64,000 nt of DNA, from the IMG/VR virus record IMGVR_UViG_3300021963_004854, positions 64,001 through 128,000 of that record; one strand, written 5' to 3'. Positions 10,541-18,580 of the stretch are shown piece by piece. How positions within the stretch are numbered: position 1 is the stretch's first letter; each line of letters begins with the position of its first letter. A program made the position numbers and the translations under genes. Source of the stretch: a virus. The notes under the pieces are model-generated. The model did no database searches, was not told the origin of the DNA, and saw nothing but the letters and a program-made list of their open reading frames with translations.

Positions 10541-10902
10541 AGAACGTGACCGTTCTAAGACTAAAGAATGGAGATACCCTTATTGCCGGAGTTAGAACTA
10601 CAGAAGAAGGAGAAATGCTCTGGCTAGACGACCCAATCGCAGTTATTCCTGTACCTGTTGTTCAGGGCGGAGTAAACGGTGAAACTTTTCTTTTGAAACC
10701 TTGGATAGGCATCGCCGAAGATAAAAGTTTTCTTTTGAGTGTAAGAGAGGTTCTCACCACCGGAACACTGAAGGACCACCTTCTTGAGCAATATAAAATG
10801 TATGTGGGTCACGACCCAATTGCTGCCGAGCCAGAAGAAGAATACGACGAACTCGAAATGCTTCAAGCAAGAATACTAAGAAGCAGAAACTTACTTAATT
10901 AG
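10537..10902 (+). CDS. Hypothetical protein (Sm-like family conserved after uvsW)
   Basis: VLRLKNGDTLIA...LKPW pattern; coupled to uvsW. Confidence 0.7.
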   Translation: MKNVTVLRLKNGDTLIAGVRTTEEGEMLWLDDPIAVIPVPVVQGGVNGETFLLKPWIGIAEDKSFLLSVREVLTTGTLKDHLLEQYKMYVGHDPIAAEPEEEYDELEMLQARILRSRNLLN

Positions 10903-10976
10903 ATTCATTCTTTAGGAGCTACACTCCTTTATACCACAAGAATCGCTACCTGTAAATACTTTTTTAAATAAAAACA

Positions 10977-11005
10977 TTGCAATAACCAAATTTTTATTGT
11001 ATAAC
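10977..11005 (+). promoter_or_regulatory. Sigma70-type promoter for gp55
   Basis: TTGCAA-N17-TATAAC with upstream AT-rich tract. Confidence 0.6.
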
Positions 11006-11030
11006 AAACTATGTAATATGTGGAGGGCAA

Positions 11031-11603
11031 ATGGCCAAGAATCGTAAAAATAATGTTCACTATGTGGACAACGCTTTATTTCTAGAAAGAATTACCGAGT
11101 ATAGAGAAAGTGTTCTGGCTGCAAAAGCTGAGGGTAAAGAGAAGCCTCGCGTCCCTAATTATCTGGGCGAATGCTTTCTCAAAATTGCCAATCACTTGGC
11201 ATATAAATCTAACTTCATCAACTATACATATCGTGAGGAGATGATCCTTGATGGAATTGAGAACTGCATTACTTACATCGATAACTTCGATCCTGCTAAG
11301 TCTAGGAATCCCTTTGCTTACTTCACACAGATTACCTATTATGCCTTCTTACGCCGTATTGCGAAAGAGAAGAAACAGCAAGCGGCCAAATATAGATACA
11401 TTCGAAATCTAGATGTTCATGATTTAATCACGCAAGACCACGATGGCGGCGATTATGGTAATGAGTTTATTGACTATCTTAAAAAGACTATTGACTTGGT
11501 AGAAGACTTTGATAAGCCTGCCGAAGTCAGTAATATTCCTAAGCGCCGACCAAAATATCTGGACAAACAAAAAACTGTTGACTCGGGACTAGATTTAGAG
11601 TAA
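11031..11603 (+). CDS. gp55: Late-transcription sigma factor
   Basis: HYVDN, YLGECFLKIA, NFINYTY, NPFAYFTQI, AFLRRIAKEK. Confidence 0.97.
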   Translation: MAKNRKNNVHYVDNALFLERITEYRESVLAAKAEGKEKPRVPNYLGECFLKIANHLAYKSNFINYTYREEMILDGIENCITYIDNFDPAKSRNPFAYFTQITYYAFLRRIAKEKKQQAAKYRYIRNLDVHDLITQDHDGGDYGNEFIDYLKKTIDLVEDFDKPAEVSNIPKRRPKYLDKQKTVDSGLDLE

Positions 11604-11636
11604 GATGTAAACATAACTCTAATTGAAAGGCTTATT

Positions 11637-11993
11637 ATGACTACTGAAAATACCCCACGCATTTTGACTGTCCCTGTGGCCAAGAGATTTCTTTCCGATA
11701 ATTGGTTCGCGCTCATCATGCTCGGTGTTGCGGGCACGGGCTTGGTTTCTGTGCTTTCTAATGTGGCAGAACATCGCGAACAAGTGCAGACAATTTCGGT
11801 ACAGAACGCGGGCTGCATCTATCTTGAATCTTCGAAGCTAGGTGAAGGCCAGCACTATATGATTTGTAATGGTCAGATTACACTAAAGCGAGTTGCTGAT
11901 GGTGAACAGACCGACCCCGAACAGGCTCTAGAAGAAGCCATTCCCGCAGAAGCGGCTGCCGAAGCCAACAAGGCTGCACCGCCTACGAAGTAA
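11637..11993 (+). CDS. Hypothetical membrane-anchored protein
   Basis: Single hydrophobic segment; own promoter TTGACT-N17-TAAGAT at 11578-11606. Confidence 0.7.
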   Translation: MTTENTPRILTVPVAKRFLSDNWFALIMLGVAGTGLVSVLSNVAEHREQVQTISVQNAGCIYLESSKLGEGQHYMICNGQITLKRVADGEQTDPEQALEEAIPAEAAAEANKAAPPTK

Positions 11994-12001
11994 GGTGAAA
12001 T

Positions 12002-12178
12002 ATGAGTAAGGAACTATTGGTCCCTGCTATCGTCCAGCAGATGGTCGATGCTATGGCTGACAAGACAACGCCGACTAATATTCGGCATAATTATATGGTT
12101 AGTGTAGAGAACATTCGTGACTTTTGCGATTTGGCTCTAACAAAATATGCTAAAGATAATGGAATGAAAAAGAAGTGA
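12002..12178 (+). CDS. Small hypothetical protein (58 aa, not in ORF track)
   Basis: MSKELLVPAIVQQMV...MKKK; AAGGTG SD; fills gap and overlaps next start. Confidence 0.7.
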   Translation: MSKELLVPAIVQQMVDAMADKTTPTNIRHNYMVSVENIRDFCDLALTKYAKDNGMKKK

Positions 12179-12714
12179 AAGTAACTGATCTTAATACCGT
12201 TCATGTAATGATTGACTTGGAAACTCTTTCGACAAGAGCCAATGCAACCATTCTATCTATTGGTGCTACTAAGTTCACTCTTGCTGAAGGTATTATCGAT
12301 AAGTTCTATTGCAACATTGATGCTAAATCTTGTAAGGCTGCGGGTCTTCATGTTGACAAGTCTACCATTGAATGGTGGATGCAGCAAAGCGCCGCGGCAA
12401 GAGACGCACTTCTTATCGACCAACTACCTCTTGCGGATGCACTACAAAGTTTTACTGACTGGATTGGTAAAGATAAGGTAATGCCGTGGGGTAATGGCGC
12501 ATCATTTGATATCACTATTTTGGAATCAGCTTATTACGCGGTCGGCCTTGTTTATCCTTGGCGCTACAGTAACATCATGTGTTATCGTACCGTTATGAAT
12601 CTCATGGGTCTAAGCAATGCTAAGATTCGTGCCAATGAAAATGATACACATCACCATGCCCTTGATGATGCTATCAGCCAGACCAATACTCTACTTGGAA
12701 TTTTGAAGTCATGA
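12175..12714 (+). CDS. DEDDh 3'-5' exonuclease/exoribonuclease
   Basis: MIDLETL, WGNGASFD, HHALDDA. Confidence 0.85.
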   Translation: MKVTDLNTVHVMIDLETLSTRANATILSIGATKFTLAEGIIDKFYCNIDAKSCKAAGLHVDKSTIEWWMQQSAAARDALLIDQLPLADALQSFTDWIGKDKVMPWGNGASFDITILESAYYAVGLVYPWRYSNIMCYRTVMNLMGLSNAKIRANENDTHHHALDDAISQTNTLLGILKS

Positions 12715-13766
12715 AGATTGCGTTGATTACTGACACTCACTTTGGTGCTAGGTCAGATTCCATTCCGTTTGATAACTTCTTTGCGAAGTTTTACACCGAA
12801 ACATTCTTCCCTCATCTAGAGCGAGAAGGTATCAAGACAATCATTCATCTTGGTGATGTTTTTGATAGGCGCAAGTTTATAAATTATAATACGTTGAAGA
12901 AGTGCCGTGAGTATTTCTTTGACAAGACCAGGGACCATGGAATTGACGTTCATATGATTGCTGGCAATCACGATACTTTCTTCAAGAATACTAATGATGT
13001 GAACTCTCTGGACCTTCTTCTCAGAGAATATGAAAACGTTCTTACATATTCGGAAGCGGAAGAAATTATCGTTGATGGTAAAAATTTGTTGCTTGTTCCT
13101 TGGATTTGTTCGGGCAACTATGAACAAACTATGGAGATTGTAAATGCCTCAAGCGCACAAGCCGTATTCGGACACTTCGAATTCGCTGGTTTCGAGATGT
13201 ATCGCGGCCACAAAAATGACCATGGGATGGATACGAAATCTTTCGATAAGTTCCCTCTTGTTTGTAGTGGGCATTTTCACCATCGTAGTCGTTCTGGCAA
13301 TATTGTCTATCTTGGTAACACTTATGAGTTTACTTGGAATGATTATAATGATCCAAGAGGCTATCACATCTACGATACGGAAACTAACGAGGTCGAATTT
13401 TATGAAAACCCGTTTAGGATATTTCATAAAATATACTATGACGATACTAATAGTGACCCTGCTAATATCGATCTTCTACCAATGGCTGGTTCTTGCGTCC
13501 GCTTGGTGGTCGTAAAGAAAACAGACTTCTATAAGTTCGATAGATTTGTCGATAAGTTGTATGACCTAAATCTCATCGAACTAAAAATCATCGAAGACTT
13601 TTCCGAGTTTGAAGCAGAAGCAATGGACGATGAAGAAATGAGTGTAGAAGATACTATGACTGTTCTTTCTGACTTCGTTGATACTATTCAAACCGACTTA
13701 GAAAAAAATCGAATTAAAAATATTCTCCAAGAACTTTATGTCGAGGCACAGAACGTTACTGTATGA
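12711..13766 (+). CDS. gp47: Recombination nuclease subunit (Mre11-like)
   Basis: ITDTHFG, HLGDVFD, GNHD, SGHFH. Confidence 0.96.
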   Translation: MKIALITDTHFGARSDSIPFDNFFAKFYTETFFPHLEREGIKTIIHLGDVFDRRKFINYNTLKKCREYFFDKTRDHGIDVHMIAGNHDTFFKNTNDVNSLDLLLREYENVLTYSEAEEIIVDGKNLLLVPWICSGNYEQTMEIVNASSAQAVFGHFEFAGFEMYRGHKNDHGMDTKSFDKFPLVCSGHFHHRSRSGNIVYLGNTYEFTWNDYNDPRGYHIYDTETNEVEFYENPFRIFHKIYYDDTNSDPANIDLLPMAGSCVRLVVVKKTDFYKFDRFVDKLYDLNLIELKIIEDFSEFEAEAMDDEEMSVEDTMTVLSDFVDTIQTDLEKNRIKNILQELYVEAQNVTV

Positions 13767-15478
13767 TTATTTTCAACGCAATTCGTTGGAAGAACTTTCT
13801 TTCAACTGGCAACCAGTTCACCGAAATCAAGCTAGACCGCTCACCTAACACTCTGATTGTTGGTGAGAATGGTGGTGGTAAGTCAACGATGCTTGACGCA
13901 TTGTGCTTTAGCCTTTTCGGTAAGCCATTTCGTAACATCAACAAGCCTCAGTTGGTAAACTCAATCAATAAGAAGCAACTTCTGGTTGAGGTGGAATTTC
14001 AATCTGGACGCAAGTCGTATAAGATTGTTCGTGGCATAAAGCCAAATCTTTTTGAAATCTATGTAGACGGTGACCTGATTAACCAAGACGCAGCCGCTCG
14101 TGACTATCAGAAGTATCTTGAGGAATCCATTCTCAAGTTGAACTACAAGTCATTTACACAAATTGTTATTCTTGGGTCTGCCTCGTTCACGCCATTTATG
14201 CAGTTGCCGTCTGGTACCCGCCGTGAAATTATCGAAGACCTACTTGACATTCAAATCTTTACCACAATGAACGTGGTCCTAAAAGACAAGATGAATGAAT
14301 TGAAGGACAGATTACAAGACGCCGACGGTAAGTTGGAAGTTCTAAAGCAGAAGGCTTCGATTCAGAAGGAGTATGTTGATACTCTGGAAGCAAATAAGGA
14401 AAAGAGGGTCGATGAAATTATCTTTCGAATTGACGAAGGTGAATTATCCATCGCAAGTTTCCAAAATCTTGTTACTACACTCGAAGGTAAAAAGATTACG
14501 CAAGAAGAAGCCCGCGCTACCCTTGGCGACCTTGCAGCCAAACAAAAGAAACTCGATCAATTCAAGACAAAGTTTTCCACCCAACTCCGCGACCTCCAGA
14601 AGGAAGTGGCATTCTACAATGAGACAGACGAATGTCCGACATGCCAGCAGGGTATTGCTCACGACCATAAAGAAACCATCGTATCATCTCGGCAGGAGAA
14701 AATCGAAGAACTTTCTTCTGGTATGGCGAAACTCCAGGAAGAGTTTACAAAACTAGAAGAACTTATCGCTCAGGATAATGCTCTGGTTGAAAAGATACAA
14801 GAATTGAACAAGGAAATTCTCGCTAATAACAATGAGATTATTATCGTGCAACGTCTTGTTCAAGCACTTAATCTGGAATTAAATGATATTCAAACTAAGA
14901 CTGCCGACATTGATGTTGAAAAGACCAAGTTAAAATCTTATGCTAAGGAAGTTCTTACACAGAACGAAGAAAAGGCCAAGTTGAATGAAGAAAAGCATTA
15001 CATGGATGCTGTCTCCACTCTCCTCAAGGACACTGGTATTAAGACTAAGATTATTCGGCAGTATCTTCCAGTTATCAATAAACTGGTGAATAAATACCTA
15101 CAGTCCATGGACTTCTTTGTGCAGTTTAATCTGGACGAAAAGTTTGACGAGACTATCAAGTCTCGTCATCGCGATGATTTCAGTTATGCATCATTCTCGG
15201 AAGGCGAAAAGCAGCGCATCGACCTGGCTCTTCTGTTTACCTGGCGCACAATCGCTAAGATGAAGAACAGCGTGGCTACCAATCTTCTAATCTTGGATGA
15301 GGTATTTGATAGTTCGCTTGACAACAACGGTACCGATTATGTTATGTCTCTACTTGATACTCTAGGTGAAGAAACTAACGTATTTGTTATCAGCCACAAG
15401 GGCGACCAATTGTTTGATAAGTTCCGCAGTCTGATTAAGTTCGAAAAGAAAAACAACTACAGCGAACTGGTTGTATGA
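13763..15478 (+). CDS. gp46: Recombination ATPase subunit (Rad50-like)
   Basis: GENGGGKST, CPTC hook, FSEGEKQR, LILDEVFD. Confidence 0.97.
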   Translation: MIIFNAIRWKNFLSTGNQFTEIKLDRSPNTLIVGENGGGKSTMLDALCFSLFGKPFRNINKPQLVNSINKKQLLVEVEFQSGRKSYKIVRGIKPNLFEIYVDGDLINQDAAARDYQKYLEESILKLNYKSFTQIVILGSASFTPFMQLPSGTRREIIEDLLDIQIFTTMNVVLKDKMNELKDRLQDADGKLEVLKQKASIQKEYVDTLEANKEKRVDEIIFRIDEGELSIASFQNLVTTLEGKKITQEEARATLGDLAAKQKKLDQFKTKFSTQLRDLQKEVAFYNETDECPTCQQGIAHDHKETIVSSRQEKIEELSSGMAKLQEEFTKLEELIAQDNALVEKIQELNKEILANNNEIIIVQRLVQALNLELNDIQTKTADIDVEKTKLKSYAKEVLTQNEEKAKLNEEKHYMDAVSTLLKDTGIKTKIIRQYLPVINKLVNKYLQSMDFFVQFNLDEKFDETIKSRHRDDFSYASFSEGEKQRIDLALLFTWRTIAKMKNSVATNLLILDEVFDSSLDNNGTDYVMSLLDTLGEETNVFVISHKGDQLFDKFRSLIKFEKKNNYSELVV

Positions 15479-16014
15479 TTTTTAATCAAACCAAAAAGAT
15501 TTTATTTTTTCATATTCCTAAAACTTCCGGCTCTTCAATACGAAAACTATTCACCGATGGTAAAGATTTAAGAATTGATTATAATATAAAAGACGGTCAT
15601 CCTTATCATGTAAAACAAAAACACGTTAGAAATTACCTTTCGCAGTTTGACATGACGGGATATAATGAGTTTACTATTGTCAGAGAACCTCTAGACCGAC
15701 TTATAAGCATGTATAATCATGGTAGAATAGAACTATTTGGAGATTTCTATAAGTTTGCTATTCATGTTTCAGTTTGTTATAATAATCCAGATACTAATCA
15801 CTTTTATCATAGTCAATTAGATTGGATTAAAGAACCAATAACAGACAGTATAAATGTTCATAAGTTTGAGGAGACAGTAGAAAATCTTTCCGTTCACGAA
15901 AGTAAAAACGAAAAGAAGTTCACTATCGAACAACTTACTGATAAAGAATATGAATTCTGTATGAATTTTTTGGCAGAAGAATATGAACTACTTGGATATA
16001 GTCGAAAGAAATAA
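15475..16014 (+). CDS. Sulfotransferase family 2-like protein
   Basis: FFHIPKTSGSSI (5'-PSB) and TIVREPLDRLISMY (3'-PB); AT-rich insert. Confidence 0.8.
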   Translation: MIFNQTKKILFFHIPKTSGSSIRKLFTDGKDLRIDYNIKDGHPYHVKQKHVRNYLSQFDMTGYNEFTIVREPLDRLISMYNHGRIELFGDFYKFAIHVSVCYNNPDTNHFYHSQLDWIKEPITDSINVHKFEETVENLSVHESKNEKKFTIEQLTDKEYEFCMNFLAEEYELLGYSRKK

Positions 16015-16016
16015 TT

Positions 16017-16532
16017 ATGGAACTACTAAAATTTACTGACCCACAACTTCGAGTTGAACCCACTCAATTTGATTTTGATAAAGAAGATGCTAAACAATTA
16101 TCTGACAAACTATGGCTTAAATGTAGAGAACTACATGGTCTGGGGCTATCAGCTAATCAGGTAGGAATTGATGCTAAAGTTTTTGTTATGGGGTCAGATG
16201 ATGCTACCCGGAAAAATGTATTCAACCCTAGAATTGTTGCAATGTCAAAAGAAACCACATTGGCTAAAGAGGGCTGTCTAAGTTATCCTGGTCTGTGGTT
16301 AACGGTTAGTAGACCTTCTTCGATTACTATTTCATACCAGAATGTTGATGGTGAATATATAGTAGAAGAACTTAATGGTCTACCCGCCAGGATCTTTCAA
16401 CATGAATATGACCATATGATTGGCGTAAATTTTTCTGATCATGTATCCAAATTGAAATTGGATATGGCACTAAAATCTCTAGAAAAACGAGCAAAAAGGT
16501 ACGTTAGAAAATATGTCCAACACAACGTATGA
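16017..16532 (+). CDS. def: Peptide deformylase
   Basis: GLGLSANQVG, EGCLS, QHEYDH. Confidence 0.95.
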   Translation: MELLKFTDPQLRVEPTQFDFDKEDAKQLSDKLWLKCRELHGLGLSANQVGIDAKVFVMGSDDATRKNVFNPRIVAMSKETTLAKEGCLSYPGLWLTVSRPSSITISYQNVDGEYIVEELNGLPARIFQHEYDHMIGVNFSDHVSKLKLDMALKSLEKRAKRYVRKYVQHNV

Positions 16533-16887
16533 TTTCGGATTTACATTCGAAGACCCAACCGAAACTGTAATTCATGTCCAAGAGCCGTATAGTTCTCAAT
16601 CGATAGATACTGACGACCTAAAAGATGAGATTATGGCCAAGCTCTATGACCTTGAAGCCAGACTTCTCACTGTAGACCAGTCAACTCTTATCACAGAGCA
16701 TAAGAGACTTGTGGAAATGGAAGTTGCAGAAAAATTGAAGCAGGTAGAAGATTTAATTTTACCTTTATTATATAACCTGATGAAAAATCCTGAAAAGGAA
16801 TACATCCACTGGCCGAATAGGACACCCATAATTGATAACCAAATTGAAAAGATCACCGCAATCACACGATTCTATGAACGAGTTTGA
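16513..16887 (+). CDS. Hypothetical protein
   Basis: YDFGFTF...LILPLLYNLMKNPEKEYIHWPNR; overlaps neighbours. Confidence 0.75.
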   Translation: MSNTTYDFGFTFEDPTETVIHVQEPYSSQSIDTDDLKDEIMAKLYDLEARLLTVDQSTLITEHKRLVEMEVAEKLKQVEDLILPLLYNLMKNPEKEYIHWPNRTPIIDNQIEKITAITRFYERV

Positions 16888-17467
16888 AAGTCCTTCGAAA
16901 GCTAGATTCTTTGCGCAGCCAGTAGCTACCGCAGTAAATCTATATCTTTGCGGCGAAATCAAAGCCGCAGAAGAATATGTAGAGTGGTTTCAGTTGTTCC
17001 GTGCTGCGGGTGAAAATGATATCATTTACATTCGTATCAACAGTGAGGGTGGCGACTTGTTTGCCGCTCTACAGATAGTAAGAGCAATTCAAGAATCGAA
17101 TGCTACTATTGTCTGTTCGGTAGAAGGCATTTGTATGTCGGCTGCAACTCTTATCTTCCTTAGTGCGGACCGCTTCGAACTCTCTGACCACACTATGTTC
17201 ATGTTCCACAACTATTCGAGTGGTACCATTGGCAAAGGTGGTGAAATGTATGACCAAATCACCCACTTCCGGTCATGGTCTGAGAAACTATTCACTTCAT
17301 TCTATAAGGACTTCCTGACGCCAGAAGAAATCAAATCGATGCTTGACAACAAGGATATCTGGCTTGACGCGGAAGAAGTTGCGAAGCGTTTGAAGAACCG
17401 CATCGAAGCAGACGCGGGAGAAGCTCCTAAGCCTAAAAAGACAAGGAAGAAAGCCGTTCCTGCATAA
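16874..17467 (+). CDS. ClpP-like serine protease
   Basis: INSEGG, CMSAAT (Ser), MFHN (His), DIWL. Confidence 0.85.
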   Translation: MNEFESPSKARFFAQPVATAVNLYLCGEIKAAEEYVEWFQLFRAAGENDIIYIRINSEGGDLFAALQIVRAIQESNATIVCSVEGICMSAATLIFLSADRFELSDHTMFMFHNYSSGTIGKGGEMYDQITHFRSWSEKLFTSFYKDFLTPEEIKSMLDNKDIWLDAEEVAKRLKNRIEADAGEAPKPKKTRKKAVPA

Positions 17468-17474
17468 ATACTAC

Positions 17475-17503
17475 TTGACATTCATTCACGAATCGAGTAG
17501 TAT
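17475..17503 (+). promoter_or_regulatory. Early sigma70 promoter with GANTC box; late-type CATAAATA at 17463-17470
   Basis: TTGACA-N17-TAGTAT with CGAATCG in spacer. Confidence 0.75.
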
Positions 17504-17509
17504 ATAAAC

Positions 17510-18115
17510 ATGATTGGTTTTAAACAGTTTCTAAGTGAGTCGCAAGACGGTGCCGGGTTAACTATCTGGGACATTGACGAAACTTTATTTAAGACCACCG
17601 CCCGCGTCCACATCATCAAAGATGGTAAGATTATCAAGACGCTAGGCAACAAACAATATAATACATATCATTTACAGCCGGGTGAGTCCTTCGACTTTAG
17701 AGAGTTTAGGGACGCCCGGCATTTTCAATCTACCAGCGAACCCATCGCAAAAGCGATTCGCAAACTGATAGCAATGCATAAGAATATCAAGGCCAAAGGT
17801 AGCAAGATGGTTGTCATTACAGCCCGCTCCGACTTTGATGACCGTGATATTTTTCTAGACACATTCCGTAAGCAAGGCATTGATATCGATGATATCCATG
17901 TCCATCGTGCTGGCAATCTTGGTGCCATGCCCTCTGCGGCTGCTAAGAAAATCTACATCAAACAATACCTTGACACTGGTAAATATACTCGCGCCCGTCT
18001 CTTTGATGACGCGGTGTCCAATCTCCAGATGTTCAAGGACTTGGCTCATGAATATCCAAACGTGAAGTTTGAGCCTTTCCTGGCTCACGAAGATGGTTCA
18101 ATGACTCGTTTTTAA
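17510..18115 (+). CDS. HAD-superfamily phosphatase-like protein with capsid-targeting-like N-terminus
   Basis: WDIDETL (DxD), ITAR, FDD; N-terminus MIGFKQFLSE. Confidence 0.75.
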   Translation: MIGFKQFLSESQDGAGLTIWDIDETLFKTTARVHIIKDGKIIKTLGNKQYNTYHLQPGESFDFREFRDARHFQSTSEPIAKAIRKLIAMHKNIKAKGSKMVVITARSDFDDRDIFLDTFRKQGIDIDDIHVHRAGNLGAMPSAAAKKIYIKQYLDTGKYTRARLFDDAVSNLQMFKDLAHEYPNVKFEPFLAHEDGSMTRF

Positions 18116-18116
18116 C

Positions 18117-18144
18117 TTGACATTACCATCGATTCGTCTATACT
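18117..18144 (+). promoter_or_regulatory. Early sigma70 promoter with GANTC box
   Basis: TTGACA-N16-TATACT with CGATTCG in spacer. Confidence 0.75.
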
Positions 18145-18165
18145 AATAATAGAAGGAGAATGATT

Positions 18166-18507
18166 ATGATTAAGTCTATTGTTTCTAGTTTGATTGCTGT
18201 TAGTGTTCTTGCTACGCCTGTAGCCGCCGAGGCTCGTGGTCGGGACCATCAGCGCACCGAACATCGCCAGCGCGGTTTGAATACCGGCGAAGCGATTGCT
18301 CTAGGTGTCGGTGCTTTTATTCTTGGTGCTGCTATTAAAAGTGATAGGAACCGAGAGCGCGAAGTCGAACGTGAAGTTTATGACCGCGAGTATGACTACC
18401 ATATCCGCCGCCGCGAATACACTCGCACTTGCTATGAGTATCGGTCACCCGTTTATGACCGTTATGGTCGTTTTGTTTATAATGAAATTTACACCCGCTG
18501 CAATTAA
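18166..18507 (+). CDS. Secreted/membrane Arg-Tyr-rich small protein
   Basis: Signal peptide (ATPVAAEA), Gly/Ala hydrophobic segment, R/Y-rich tail; AAGGAG SD. Confidence 0.7.
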   Translation: MIKSIVSSLIAVSVLATPVAAEARGRDHQRTEHRQRGLNTGEAIALGVGAFILGAAIKSDRNREREVEREVYDREYDYHIRRREYTRTCYEYRSPVYDRYGRFVYNEIYTRCN

Positions 18508-18508
18508 A

Positions 18509-18545
18509 CGAATCACTTGACATTTGGTCGCGAATCGACTATAGT
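18509..18545 (+). promoter_or_regulatory. Early sigma70 promoter with two GANTC boxes
   Basis: CGAATCA-C-TTGACA-N17(CGAATCG)-TATAGT. Confidence 0.8.
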
Positions 18546-18580
18546 AAATAATGTGATTGATTGATTGAAGAGGTGTTGTT

